Shown here one piece after another: positions 38,125 to 51,115 of a stretch of 64,000 nucleotides of DNA. Origin of the DNA: Sphyrna mokarran (Eukaryota). The first letter of the stretch is position 1. Each line of letters opens with the position of its first letter. The stretch spans positions 107,632,001 through 107,696,000 of the forward strand of contig JAGIQG010000009.1 in NCBI GenBank assembly GCA_024679065.1, written 5' to 3'. Below the pieces are notes generated by a model. That model was not told the DNA's origin. It worked only from the letters and a program-made list of their open reading frames with translations, and did not search any database. Made by a program: the position numbers and the translations under genes.

Positions 38125-38475
38125 TGAATCACAGGGTAGAAGCAGAGAGATTATTTCCACTTAGAAAGGAAACAAGAACTAGAGGGCACGGCTTCAAAAT
38201 AAGGGGGAGTCAATTTAGAACAGAGTTGAGAAGGAACTTCTCCCAGAGGGTAGTGAATCTTTAGGATTCTCTGTCCATTGAAGCAGTGGCGGCTACCTTG
38301 TTAAGTGTGTTTAAGCCACAGGTAGATAGATTTCTGACCAATAAGAGAAAAATGGGGAGCAGGCTTGTAAATGAACTGAACCACTATCAGATCAGCCATG
38401 GTCATATTGAGTGGCGGGGCAGGCTCGAGGGGCTAGATGGCCTATTCCTGCTTCTATTTCTTATGTTCTTATGTT
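38125..38475 (+). mobile_element. CR1 3' fragment
   Basis: TRGH/FFSQRVV-like coding remnant and 3'UTR stem-loop tail. Confidence 0.75.
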
Positions 38476-41400
38476 GCACTAACAACTAATTTAAGATGAT
38501 CAGTCAGCCTCTGTGATTCTCTCTTGCTCGAAGCTTCATACATCCATATACAGTGTGATTTGAATTCAGTAAAATCTGCAATTTAAAGCTGGCCTCAGTG
38601 ACACTGAAAATGAAGCTCTCACTGATGTACATTAAAAACCCATCTAGGTTTTTATTGCAGTTTTGGGAACTGAATCTTTCGTCGATCTGGTCAGAACTTA
38701 ACTCCATATCTAAGCAATGTGGTTGACTCTGAAACAGCTGCAAAGTCCAGTTATGCATGACCATAACAACGTGTCCATTGTCCATGAAAGTCCTTTACTC
38801 GAAAGCACATTAGTGCAGTTCAGTTCTCATCATCACATTACAGGAAGCACATGATTATACTGACTATATATGATTTACGAGGATGTAGGCAGGAATGTTG
38901 TTGATGCAGAAAGACTGAGTAAGTTTAAGTTCATGCATGAGTGTTACAAATAGGCTTACATTAATACTACAATGAAGTTACTGTGAAAATCCCCTAATTG
39001 CCACACTCTGGTGCTTGTTTGGATACATTAGGGTGAATTTGGCATGACCATGTACCTATCTAGCATGTCCTTCAGGCTGTGGGAGGCAACCGGAGCATCC
39101 AGAGGAAACCCACACAGACACAGGGAGAACGTGCAGACTCCGCACAGACAGTGACCGAAGCCGGGAATCGAACCCTGGTCCTGGGCGCTGTGAGGCAGCA
39201 GTGCTAACCAGTGTGCTGCCTTGTCGCCCCATAGTTTGGCATTGTTCTCTTTGGGAAAGAAGAGACTGAGAGGAGATTTAATTATAGAGTCCATAATTTT
39301 GAGCAACATAGATTGAGTGAATAGGGAGGACTTAGATCTCTTATTGGATAGAATAGCACCCAAAAACATAGATTTTAGGCAAGAGAGAGAAGGCTGATTG
39401 GGAGTTGTGGACAGATGCTTTCACCCAGAGTGTGTTTGGTATTGGAACTTACAAAAGACAAGTTTGGCAGAATATCTCATTATATTAAAAAGAACAGATA
39501 CATACCTGAAGTTCCGTAACATACAGAGACATGGAATAAGAGCTGCTAATGGAGCTAAGATTGGATTGTTCCTTTACAAGAGGCACAGATACAATGGGCT
39601 GTATCTACGCTTTAGATTTGCTCAGTTTTGTTAATTTGTATATGTGCCAGTTTGATTTCATTGATTGAAACCTAAGTCACAGTAGAATGAATTTTAATAT
39701 TTATTCTTGCTGCCCTGGTCTTGGGCAGGATGGGGAGATGTGTGGTGCAGAATCATCTATGAAGCACTGCTAACTTTGAACGTAGTGGTTATTGTATCTA
39801 TGGCAATATCTCTGGAGATTTAACTGTGATTGGCACAAAGTTCTAACTGCCCAGTACTGTTTTCCGTTAAGTTATGATGCAATCCTCTTCCGGTCAATAC
39901 AACATGTTTACACAACTATATTCTAACACTTCTTCTGAAAAAAGCAGCTGAAGGTTGGAAACAGCATCCCAGATATCTCAAAGACTTTGATCCCTTTTTT
40001 TGAGAGAGGATAGAAACATATTGTCACTTAGCAGTAAGGATGATCTTAAGCTCATGACTTGAACATTGCTGAAAAAAATTGACTTGCTGTTGAAGTTTTA
40101 TATTGCACTCATCAGATCAGACACAAGAATAACAATCTGAAAAGGGAACAATTTATCATACATGACACGATGATTGGCTAGCAAGTAGATTCTGTTTGTT
40201 GCGGCATCGCCATTTGTGTGTTCCCTTTGAGAACTGGTATTCTTGTGAATCTTTCCTGATAAGTGCAAGACAAAATGCTTCGACAGCATGTTTCTTTTTC
40301 AGCAATATATATGAACATATAACTCTAGAAGTGATAGGTCACATAAAAAAAGGCATTTGGCCCAAATTGGCTATGTTGGATGAAGAGAGCTAAACTACTT
40401 CATGTGTCTTTGTAGCTCTTTGCTCAGAGTCCTGTAGACTCTGGTGTTTTGGGTGTATATCAATTTTTGTCATTCATTGTGATGAGGTTGTTGAATTTAC
40501 AATACTTTCAGACGATGAATTGCAAACATTCAGGACAACCTGGGTGAAAATCTGTTCAAACTTCCATCTAACCAAGTTGTATTAAATCTACGTACCCAGA
40601 TAGAAATCTGTAAAAAGTTAATCATGTCCTTCCCTATCTCATCCTCTCAAAACCTTCACACGACATTTAAATATTCCCACAGCCTCCACTGCTCCAAAGA
40701 TAAGCACCCCTGACTACTGGATCTCTTCTCATCACTGTAGTTCTCCATTCCATTCTGAAAACATACAAATGGACTTCTTTGTACCCCTTACTGTGTGATC
40801 ACAGACTTCCTGTTACAACATACCCAGAGCCCTGCACATCATGTGATATGAATGCCTGCGAACACTGTGCTTTAAATATGATGAGGGCTACTTCTATACC
40901 ACCTTCTTAGGCACAGGGTTTCAGACAACTGTCCATAGTTCAATTGCTCCCTTAATTTCCTGTTACTGAATCAGTTTTGGATCCCACTTGCTCATGGCTC
41001 ATACATTACTGACAATCTTAATGTGGGACCTTATCAAAACCTTGAAAAAATCCATGTAAACTACATCAACTTTGCACTCCCTCCTTGTTATTCCCCTTCC
41101 CCAAAATAGCCACTTAAGTTAGTCAGTCATAACCTCCCCTTAAGGTGAGTGGGAGCTTGTGAGGAGGAAAAAGGATGGCATGGTGGCACAGTGGTTGGCA
41201 CTGCTGCCTTATAATGCCAGGGGCCCAGATTCAATTTCAGCCTTGGGTGATTGCCTGGGAGGATTTTGCATATTCTCCCCATGTCTGCATGGGTTCCCTC
41301 CAGGTGCTCTGGTTTCCTCCCACAGTCCAAAGAGGTGCAGGTTAGGTGGATTGACCATGCCAAATTACCCCTTAGTGTCCCAAGATGTGTAGGTTAGAGG

Positions 41401-42076
41401 GATTAGAGGGGTAAATAAATGGGGTTACGCAAATAAGGCCTGGGAGGTTGTTCTGTCAGATAGTTGGTAAGGACCCTTTGGGTTGAATGGACTCTTTCTG
41501 CACTGTTAGGGATTGTATGATATCCATTGTGGCTATCCTCCGTTGATGTCTGCCTTTCTAAATGATGATTTATACTGTCCCTCAGGACCTTTTCCAATAA
41601 CCTGCCTGCCACCAAATTTAGACAGACATAATTACTATCCTTTTTCCCTTTTTTAAGCAATAGTTGGATATTCAGAGTCCTCCAGTCCTTGAGAACGTCC
41701 CCTGTTGCCAGAGAGGATGAAGAAATTGAAATCAGAGCTTCTACTATTTCCTCCCAATCGTCTGCAACTGGGGATAGATCCCCTCCAGCTCTGGTGATGT
41801 ATGCTGCTTCACAAAATGCCAAGTATCTGAAGACTCCCTCAGCCACTCTCCCTCTGTCCTATCACCATGCTTATGCCACCTCCAACATCCCTTATTCCTG
41901 TCTCTTGACCAAAATGTTGGCAATCATCCCCTCTTTGTTGAACGCAGGATCGATTAAAAGTCTCACCCGCATATTCCGTCTGTACAGATGAGTGATCTTT
42001 ATTGCTTTTAACTGATTTGTGGGGTCTCTTGTTGTCATCTATTCTTTACCATTCAGTGCAACGTAGAGAGAGGCTT

Positions 42077-42122
42077 TGTGGTTGAATCACACGAGGCTAG
42101 CCTCTAGCACAAAGTAACACCT
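42077..42122 (+). promoter_or_regulatory. Candidate gene 2 promoter motifs: RUNX (TGTGGTT, 42077-42083) and T-box (TAACACCT, 42115-42122)
   Basis: Consensus matches 85-130 bp upstream of the leader ATG. The motifs are short and could occur by chance. Confidence 0.3.
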
Positions 42123-42207
42123 TCATTGTCTCTTAGTAGCTCCTTGTGTTCCAGCAGCTTCAGCTTGCCCTGTCATCTATCTAACGCCTTTTTTTGAAGC
42201 AGTTATC

Positions 42208-42265
42208 ATGCGTGCACTCAATAAAATGCTCGGTGTCAAATTAATGTTGATGATTATGTTATGTG
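42208..42265 (+). CDS. NCR3-like gene 2 leader exon MRALNKMLGVKLMLMIMLC(G); alternative in-frame ATG at 42226
   Basis: Hydrophobic signal-like peptide ending at consensus donor G|GTAAGT in phase 1, in unique sequence upstream of the V exon. Confidence 0.7.
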
Positions 42266-43964
42266 GTAAGTTCATTTGTTTCATTATTTCTGCTCCTTTA
42301 TTGTATTTGCCTTGTTAGTTTGATCTCTCTTGTATAATTACTGTTAGACTGCAGTGAGAAAGGTTGAGAGGTCCAGGCACTATCATTCAGAAAGAAATTG
42401 ATTCGACAAAATTGGAAATAGATTGTTGATTCCAGATTTTTAATTCAATTCAAATCACAAGAATAGCTGTTTGTGGGACTCAAACTGAGGTCCCCCCAGT
42501 ACATCAACGTGGATTTTCAGATTACTAGTGATATAAACAAAGTCACAGCCTTACCCCAAAGTTGTGTGGACCAACAGATAGTAAAGGATGCTAGGGCCTG
42601 GCTACATGTCGAAACTCTGAATTGAACCAAGAAACTTTAGATCTTTATTTAAACACCTTGGCTATTACTTAATTAGTATTTTCCATATAGAGATATTAGT
42701 TGCCATACCATCAACACTGGAAATGACTGCTACACATTTTGCATTGAGGTTGGCAGTTCAATGAATTCCAGTTTACTTCCTCAGATCGAGCTGTGTCATG
42801 TATGATAACAGTCTTCCATAAACTAATAGAACCGTACAATCCCTCTCGTCCAGAAAGAGGACATTCAGCCCTTTGAATCTGCACCGACTCTCTGAAAGGC
42901 AATCCTATTCAGACACCATCCCTGCATATTTACCAAGGTTAATCTATCTAACTACAAATCTTGAGATACTAAGGGGTAATTTAGCAAGACCAATTCACCT
43001 GACCTAAACATCTTTAGATACTAAGGGAAAATATGACATGGCCAATCTACCTAACCTATTCATTCTTAGACTAAGGGGCAAGTTGATGGCCAGTCCACCT
43101 AACGTACACATCTTCGGACTTACAAATTAGGATACAAATACTAACTGTCCTGACTTGAGGCAATTCACACCTCTTTAATCTGTGTTTATCTTTCTCTCCA
43201 CTCGCACTGTCTGTACTTGATTACCTACAAAGATTCACATTCCAACCATTATCTTGCAATTAAGTCTGTGTCTACGTCTGCCCTGTTTGTGAACTCAATT
43301 CTCCATTCACCTGATAAATGAGCAGTTCTTTGAAAGCTCATACTACTAAATAAACCTGTTGGAAGTTAACCTGGAGTTATGAGACTTCTTACTGTGCCCA
43401 CCCCAGTCCAACACCAGCATCTCCGCACCATAGAATAAAAATTGACAGTATTATTGATAGTTTTTCAGCTTTCAAATATCAAAATACAAGTTGACGAATG
43501 AAGTGGCTGAATGGTGTCTGGTTGTTCCTTATTCCTTTAACTTTTTTATCAATCGATTTGTTTGATTCATTGACATATTGAATTTTTGCTTGATTGGTCA
43601 AGTATTTGATTGCTTTATCGATTGATTGATCGATTACTGGACTAAATGGTTGATTGATTCATAGCTTACCGGAGATTGATTAATATTAACTAAGATGACT
43701 GAGCAAAGTTGAAGTGTTGATTAATTCATTTTGTCCTGCCGACCATGCTTGCTAAATAATAAGTTATGTTTTCAGTAAGATATCTTTTCAGCATTTACCA
43801 GATGAGGTGAGTTAGCTTTCTTCGTGTGAGTTGTCAGATCAGTGTCAGACTTGAGACGGCCACGGGAAGAATGACAAATGCACCAAAATATTATTATCTA
43901 AATACTATGAGCTACTCAATAATCATTCATTGAATTGTAAAGAACAATAGTAAATGGAAAAGTT

Positions 43965-44600
43965 GCAAAAAGGCAATAAAGAAGGCAAATTGTATGTTGG
44001 CCTTCAGAGCGGGAGGATTTGTATATAAGGATGAGAATGTTTTGCTGCAATTGTACAGGGCATTGGTGAGGCCACATCTCACCGATGAGTATTGTGTGCA
44101 GTTTTGGTGTCCTTATCTGAGGAAGGATGTCCTTGTTATAGAGGGAGTGCAGCGAATTTTTACCATGCTGATTCCTGGAATTGCAAGTCACTCGGATGAG
44201 GAGAGACTAAGTTGTTCAGAAGAGTGAGAGGGGATCTCATAGAAATTTATAAAATTCTAACAGTGTTAAACAGCATATATTCAGAAATAATATTCCCAAT
44301 TGTGAGGGTGCCCAGAACTAGAGTTCATAGTTTGAGCATAAGGGAGTAAGTCTTCTAGAACTGAGGTGAGGAGATATTCTTCATCCAGAGAGTGGTGAAT
44401 GTGTAAGATTCACTACCACAGAATGGAGTTGAGGCCAAATAATTGTCTGATTTCAAAAAATAATGAGATACAGCTCTTGGGGCTAAAGGGATCAAGAGAT
44501 TTCAGACAAAGGGGGGATGAGGATATTGAATTCAACGATCAGCCATGATCAAAATGAATGGTGAAGCAGGCTCGATAGGTCAAATAGCCTATTCCAGCTT
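43965..44600 (+). mobile_element. CR1 3' fragment in gene 2 intron 1
   Basis: LYRALVRPHL, EYCVQFWCPYLRKD and 3' tail. Confidence 0.85.
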
Positions 44601-45104
44601 CTTGTTTCTATTTTCTATGGGTGTCGTCATCAATGATACTTAATTTATAGACTTGTAGCAGTAACATTATTACGTTCATTGATATATTTATTCATGTGGA
44701 TATTTATTTGTTATTTGAATGTTGGGATTGCTGGCATTTTGATCCATTTCCATTTGTCCTTAAGAAGGTGGTGAGCCTACAGCCTATATGATAATGAGGA
44801 GAGACTTTCAGGATTTTGACTCAGCGACAGCAAAGCAAGGATAATATGGGCACAAGTCAGTATTGTATGTGACCTTATTGCAGGGGACCTTACAACCTCT
44901 GGAGTTCCCATATTCCTGCTGCCCTTGTGACAGAGATGGTGCATTTGGAATATATTCACAGAGTCCTGATTATAGGATAGCAACTAATAATATCGGTACT
45001 ATTCAGGAAATTCTTAACTATCTTACCTGCTCAGGTGACAGTTTCAATTCATTATATTCTAAACAAATGTGAAGCAGAAACATGTAAATTTTAATGTTAT
45101 TATG

Positions 45105-46975
45105 ATGCAGTTGTTAGGCAGGTTAAAAGGCAAGATCTCAAGGATAGTAATGTCTGGATTACTCGCAGTGACGTGTGCAGGTGAGAGCATTAATTAATAG
45201 GATGAATGAGTGGCTGGCAGGTGAAATAAGTCAGCAGAGGCAGGTATCCCTTCACCAGATTCCCTGTAATTTATGGATTGTTACAAACTCTGAATCAGCA
45301 GTTGGAGTTCCAAGAGACCTGACCCTCCCAGTTATATATAAAACAAAATGTCTTGATTGGACATGCAATATAGAGCTCAATCGGCGAGTTCATGTTCGAA
45401 GTGACGAATCTCAGTGGCCTCATTGAAATGATTGCAGCAAAGATTCAGATTTTTAGAGCATTTGGAACACTTCTGGATAGAGGTAACCTGCAAAAGAGGG
45501 ATGCGTTGTGAACTGGAGTGGGACTAGTATACTAGTAGTTTGCTAAAACTACTTGACAGGGTTTAAACTAGTCTGGTGGGAAGGGTGCAGGAAGGGATCC
45601 ATAAAAGAAAGGGATGGGTAGGCTATTTAAAGAGGGCAAGTTAAATAGACAAGGCAAGCATAATCATAGCAGGAATGAGGGAAGACTGATTAACTAAACT
45701 GTGTTTGTTTCAATGCAAGAGGCCTGACAGGTAAGGCAGATGAATTCAAGGCATGGGTAGGTACATATTATAGGTATTATAAAAACATGGCTGACAAAAG
45801 GACAGGACTGGCAGCTCAATGTTCTGGGGCATAGATACGAGAAGGACAGAGGAGGAGGGAAGAGTGGAGGAGGGGTTGCATTATTGGTTGGGAAAACATC
45901 ATGGCATTACTTTGATAGGATATTCCTGAGAGGTCATCCAGTTAGGTTATGTGGGTGGAATTGAGGAGTAAAAAGGTGGGGGAGAATTATCATTTTGATA
46001 GGATTGTAATATAGACCCCCCAGTAACCCCAACAGGCCTCAGATATTCATAATATACATCAATGATTTGGCAATAATACGTAACATCCATAAGAGAAAAC
46101 AACATGTAACATCCGCAAGATTGTTGATAACACAAAATTTCATGGGAGTGTGAGCGGTGGATGTTAAGAAAGCTCGAAGTGGTTTAGAAAAGTTGAGTGA
46201 ATAAGTAAATAGAGGGCAGGTGCAGTATAACATGGATCATTGTGAAGTTATCCAATTCAGGCAGAGAAAAAGAATGGAAGAGTATTATTTAAATTGTGGT
46301 AGATTAGGAAATTCTAATGTACAAAATGATCTGTTTGCCTGAGTACACTGAAACTAAACATGCAGGTAGACCAAGCAGTTAGGAAGTGAAATGGTATTTT
46401 GACCTTTATTGCAAGAGGACTTTGTTGAAAGAGCAAGGGTGTTTGAAGCTGTACAGGTCCTTGGTGAGACTACACCTGAAGTACTGTGTGCAGTTTTAGT
46501 CTCCTTATCGAAGAAAGCTTACACTTTCATAGGGGGAGTGCGGAGAATGTTCACCAGACTGATTCCTCGACTTCGAGGATTGTTGTATGAGGAGAGGTTG
46601 CATCGAACGGGCTGTGTTTCTCGGAATTGAGAGAGCAAATCTCATTGAGTCATACATAATTCCGACAGGGCTGGAAGGAGCGGATGCAGAGATGTTGTTT
46701 CCTTTGGACGGAGGTAGGTGTTCCAGATCAAGGGGCCACTGCCTCAGAATACAGAATGGGTCATTTTAAATTGAGATGAGGAGGAACATGTGAGGGTGGT
46801 GAAGCTATGGAATTCCCTACCACAGCAGGCTGCGAAAGACAACTCAATGAATATATTTAGAAAGGAAATAGATAGACTTCTAGACTCAAGGTACATGGTA
46901 CAAGGTACTTGGCTTTGAGATAATGCTTCAGCCATGAAGCATTGACTAACGGAGCAGCTCGAAGAGCCTATTCGA
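45105..46975 (+). mobile_element. Decayed, internally deleted CR1 (ORF1 end, endonuclease and RT remnants)
   Basis: ttcaatgcaagaggcctg (FNARGL), GGGVAL and YRPP endonuclease motifs, then YINDL and C-terminal motifs. Confidence 0.75.
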
Positions 46976-47722
46976 AGGGTGGCATTGTGGCAAAAGGGCA
47001 GCACGATGGCAAAGTGGTTAGCACTGCTGTCTCACAGCACCAGGGAACCGGGTTCAATTCCCGGCTTGGGTTACTGTCTGTGCAGAGTTCACACGTTTTC
47101 CCTGTGTCTGTATGCGTTTCCCTCAGGTGCTCCGGTTTCCTCCCACAGTCTGAAAGACATGTTGGTTAGGTACTTTGGCCAGGCTAAATTCTTCCTCAAT
47201 GTACCCAAACAAGAACTGAGGTGTGATAATTAGGGGATTGCCACAGTAACTTCATTGCAGTGTTAACATAAAGACTACTTGTTAATGTGAGACATTAATA
47301 AATGGCCTAACCTAATTTCTAAGTGTACTTTAAGACATAGAGTTATAGGGTCACAGAGGTTTACAGCACAGAAACAGGTCTTTCAGCCCAACCTGCCCAT
47401 GCCACCCCATTTTTTAACCATTTAGCTAGTCCCAGTTACCCACATTTGGCCCCATATCCCTCTGTATTCATTTTACCCATGTAACTGTCCAAACTCTTTT
47501 TAAAAGACAAAATTGTATCTGCCTCGACTACTATCTCTGGCAGCTTGTTCCAGACACTCACCACACTGTGTGTGAAAAAAATTGCCCCTCTGAACCCTTT
47601 TGTATCTCTCCCCTCTCATTTTAAGATTTAGACTCCTCTATCTTTGAGGAAAGATTTTGACTACCTAGCTGACCTATGCCTCTCATTATTTTGTAGACAT
47701 TTGTTAGCCATTGCTCTGCTAG

Positions 47723-47803
47723 GATTGAAATATAAACCCTTAAAGGGTCAGTCCGAGTTTCTGATTGATCAGTGCAGAGATCATTCTGTCCCGACTCCTC
47801 CAG
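47723..47803 (+). other. Candidate optional 81-nt phase 1-1 exon upstream of gene 2 V exon (LKYKPLKGQSEFLIDQCRDHSVPTPP)
   Basis: Acceptor ccattgctctgctag|GA, strong donor CAG|GTAAGA, open in the correct frame, 117 nt before the V acceptor. Confidence 0.35.
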
Positions 47804-47920
47804 GTAAGAGACAGAACAAGTATCACCAGTGTAGTGCCACCAATGTCAGCTCTTGCCTTTCATCTGTTTATGTTCAAATCACCCTTTAAAGCTTCTAATA
47901 TCTTCTTTTCTCTCTCGCAG

Positions 47921-48265
47921 GTGGCGAACCGCAGTTTACGGTGCTGCAGTACCCTCAGTCGATAAATGCAACCGAAGGTGACTCGGTGACAATGAACTGC
48001 ACCTATGAGGGTGGGCTGGGCCAGGTCCCGATTGGAGAAGTCTCCTGGTCACGCGGTTCTTCCAGAGAAAACGCCACAGATTTGAAGGAGGAACTGCAGC
48101 TCATGAGGCGCCTGGAGAAGTCAAATTCCTACCACTTCACTGAGAGGAAAATTTTCATCAATATCTCCGATGTCAGACAATATGATTCCGCCACTTACTA
48201 CTGCATAGTCAAAATGATGACTGGGCAGCTCAGCGTTGGCAATGGTACCAAACTCCACGTCAAAC
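47921..48265 (+). CDS. NCR3: NCR3/NKp30-like gene 2, single pre-joined VJ-type Ig domain exon
   Basis: Acceptor tcttcttttctctctcgcag|GT, donor C|GTAAGC, 345 nt, phase 1-1. Motifs EGDSVTMNC, PIGEVSWSR, ISDVRQYDSATYYC, GNGTKLHV. The symbol is a family-level call only. Confidence 0.88.
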
Positions 48266-48302
48266 GTAAGCAGCAAATGCCTAAAGAAAAGGAAACAAAG
48301 AA

Positions 48303-51115
48303 ATGGCACAGTGGTTAACAGTGTCCCTCGCACTGCCAGAGATCCCGGGTTCAATTCCCAGCTTGGGGGTCACTGTGTGGAGTTTGCACATTCTCCCCGT
48401 GTCTGCATGGGTTTCCTCTGGGTTACCTCCCACACTCCAAAGATGTGCAGATTAGGTGGATTTGCTATGCTAAATTGCCCCTCAGTGTCAGGGGGGTCAG
48501 TTAGCTAGGGTAAATGTAGGGGTTATGGAGATAGGGCCTAAGTGGGATTGTGGTCACTGAAGACTTGATGGGCCAAATGGCCTCCTTCTGAAATGGAGAG
48601 AAACGATTACAAAAGAAGCACTCGGCCCCACATTGGTTAGGCGTCTGAAGGGGAATGGGGTTACACAATAGGGAAGGTACTGGGACATATAAAGGAATCC
48701 AGGGATCTTGAGGAATCCATTTTTTATTCATTCCTGGAACATGGGCATCACTGGTTGGCAACATTTATTGCCCATATATTGTTGCCTGAGGACAGTCAAG
48801 AGTCAATCGTATTGCTCTGAAGTCACATGTAGATCATAGATAGAATAGAATCCTACCGTGCAGGAAGAGGCCCTTCGGCCCATCGAGTCTGCACTGAACA
48901 CAATCCCATCCAGGCCCTACTCCCATACATATGATACCCACTCTACATATAATATCTACTAATCCTTCTAACCTATGCATCCCAGGACACTAAACAGCAA
49001 CTTCTTACCATGGCCAATCAACCTAACCCACTCATCTTTGGATTGTGGGAGGAAATTGGAGCATCTGGAGGAAACCCATGCAGAGACAGGGAGAATGTGC
49101 AAACTCCAGGCAGACAGTGAACCGAGAAGGGAATCGAACCCAGGTCACTGGAGCTGTGAGGCAGCAGTGCTAACCACTGTGCTACCATCCCGCCCTGGGC
49201 CAGACCAGTTAAGGATGGCAGATTTCCTTCCCTAAAGGACATGAGAACCAGGCGGATTTTTCTGACAGTCGAACAAGAGTTTCATGATCATCAGTAGATT
49301 CTTAATTTATTTTTGATTGAATTCAAGTTCCACTAGGATTTAAACAACAGTCCCCAGAACATTAGCTGAGTTTCTAGATTGATAGTCTGGTGATAGTACT
49401 GCTAGGCCATCGCTTCCCCACTGACCTAAGATCCCTGAAGGCAGGGTCGACTCCTTTACTGGCATGATGTGTAGGCCAAGCCAAATTAGGGTAGCAGATT
49501 TCCTTCTCTGAAGGGACTTCTGACACCAGATTGAGTTACATCTGTCATTCCAAATTGTATTAATCAAATTTAAATTTGCCCCTTGGCATTGCCATGCTGG
49601 CATAGTCTCTCCATCATTTAGATTTTGAATGGTTTGAATCACAAGAGTTTGAAAAACTGAGGAGGGGAGTTGTGCTTGCTGGGAAGGAAGCTCCTTCCTT
49701 GTTGAAGGAGCTCAGGGTACGTGCTGTCCCATTTTGATGTGATCGCTTCTCCCAGACTATCTATTAATGCCAGGCAAAGGGACAGCAGAATTTTTCCATC
49801 TAATCCTCTTTTTGATTTGGAAATAAGATTAAGCTTACTCATCAGTGTCATAAGTAGGCTTACATTAACAATGCAATGAAATTACTGTGAAAATTCACTA
49901 GTCACCACTCTCTGGTACCAGTTAGAACCAGAGAACCCAAAGAGTGGCCATTCGGCCTATCGAGTCTGTGCCGACTCTCTGACAGCGCATCTTACCTACG
50001 CCGTAATCCTGTAACCCCACATTTACCCCACTAATTCTCCCTGACCTACATATCTTGGGACACTCAGGGGCAATTTAGAATTGTCAATCCACCTAAACTG
50101 CACATCATACACGTGTGTGGGAGCACCTGGAGGAAACCCATGCAGACACAAGCAGAATGTGCAGACAGTAACCCAAGGCTGGAATTGAACCCAGGGCCTG
50201 GAGCTGTGAGGTAGTAGTGCTAACCACCATGCCTCCATACCCTCAGGTACACTGAGAGAATTTAGCATGGCCAATGCACCTATAACCAGCACTTCTTTTG
50301 GACTGTGGGAGGAAACCCCATGTAGACACGGGGAGAACATGCAAACTTCACATAGACAGTAATCCTCGGTGGGAATCGAACCCGGGACTCTGGTGTCATA
50401 AGGCAGCAGTGTTAACCAGTGTGCCATTAGATATGGCAAATGGGAAAATTGGATCGTATTTCAATCCAATCATTCCCAAAAGGCATAATATATGAAGAAA
50501 GCAGCCGATAGAATGGTCTGTGCCCCTCACAACAAGCATTTAATTGAGAGTGGACATGAACGGCAATGTGTTGAAGGCTTTCCCGCAGGATCAATAGTGA
50601 CCCGTACTTACAGTGTGATTTCCTTCCAGGTCGGGTTTGTGTAAATGAATCTGTTCCACCTCTATTTGCTGGTCTTCTTATTGGAAAATGCATTCTCACC
50701 GTCTTCCTCATTGTCTTTGGTGTCGTGGCGTGTATGGTAAAGGTATGAGCTTGCTTGATCGTTTCTGACAGCTAAGTGTGGCACGGTGGTGCAGTGGTTA
50801 GCGCTGCTGCCTCACAGCTCCAGCACCTGGGTTCGATTCCCAGCTTGGGTCACTGTCTGTATGAAGCCTACACATCGTCCCCGTGTCTGCATGGGTTTCC
50901 TCTGGGTGCTCTGGTTTCCTCCCAGAGTCCAAAGGTGTGCAGGTTAGGTTGATTGGCAATGGTAAATTGTCCCTTAGTGTCCTGGGATGCATAGATTAGA
51001 GAGATTAGTGGATAAATATGTGGGGTTATGGGGATAGGGCCGAGGTGGGATTATTGTCAGTGCAGACCCAAATGGGCCAAATGGCCTCCTTCTGCACTGT
51101 AAGATTTTTATGATG
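48303..51115. mobile_element. SINE cluster around the gene 2 V-TM intron (plus 48303-48590; minus 48840-49195; nested minus 49850-50430; plus 50780-51115)
   Basis: Multiple head, central-domain and tail matches. Confidence 0.75.
50630..50742 (+). CDS. Gene 2 stalk/transmembrane exon (RVCVNESVPPLFAGLLIGKCILTVFLIVFGVVACMVK)
   Basis: Acceptor gatttccttccag|GT in phase 1 with V. Hydrophobic helix with an intramembrane Lys. Donor AAG|GTATGA; an alternative donor ATG|GTAAAG or read-through to TGA at 50746-50748 is also possible. Confidence 0.82.

Noticed and set aside
48307-48313. CACAGTG heptamer just downstream of the gene 2 V exon, as a recombination signal
   Set aside because: It is part of the ubiquitous SINE head (gcacagtggtta), lies in the intron with no properly spaced nonamer, and the exon already encodes the J-like strand.
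48266-48318. Secreted isoform by V-exon read-through (also 11082-11060 in gene 1)
   Set aside because: Short open read-through past a donor is expected by chance, and there is no supporting signal.
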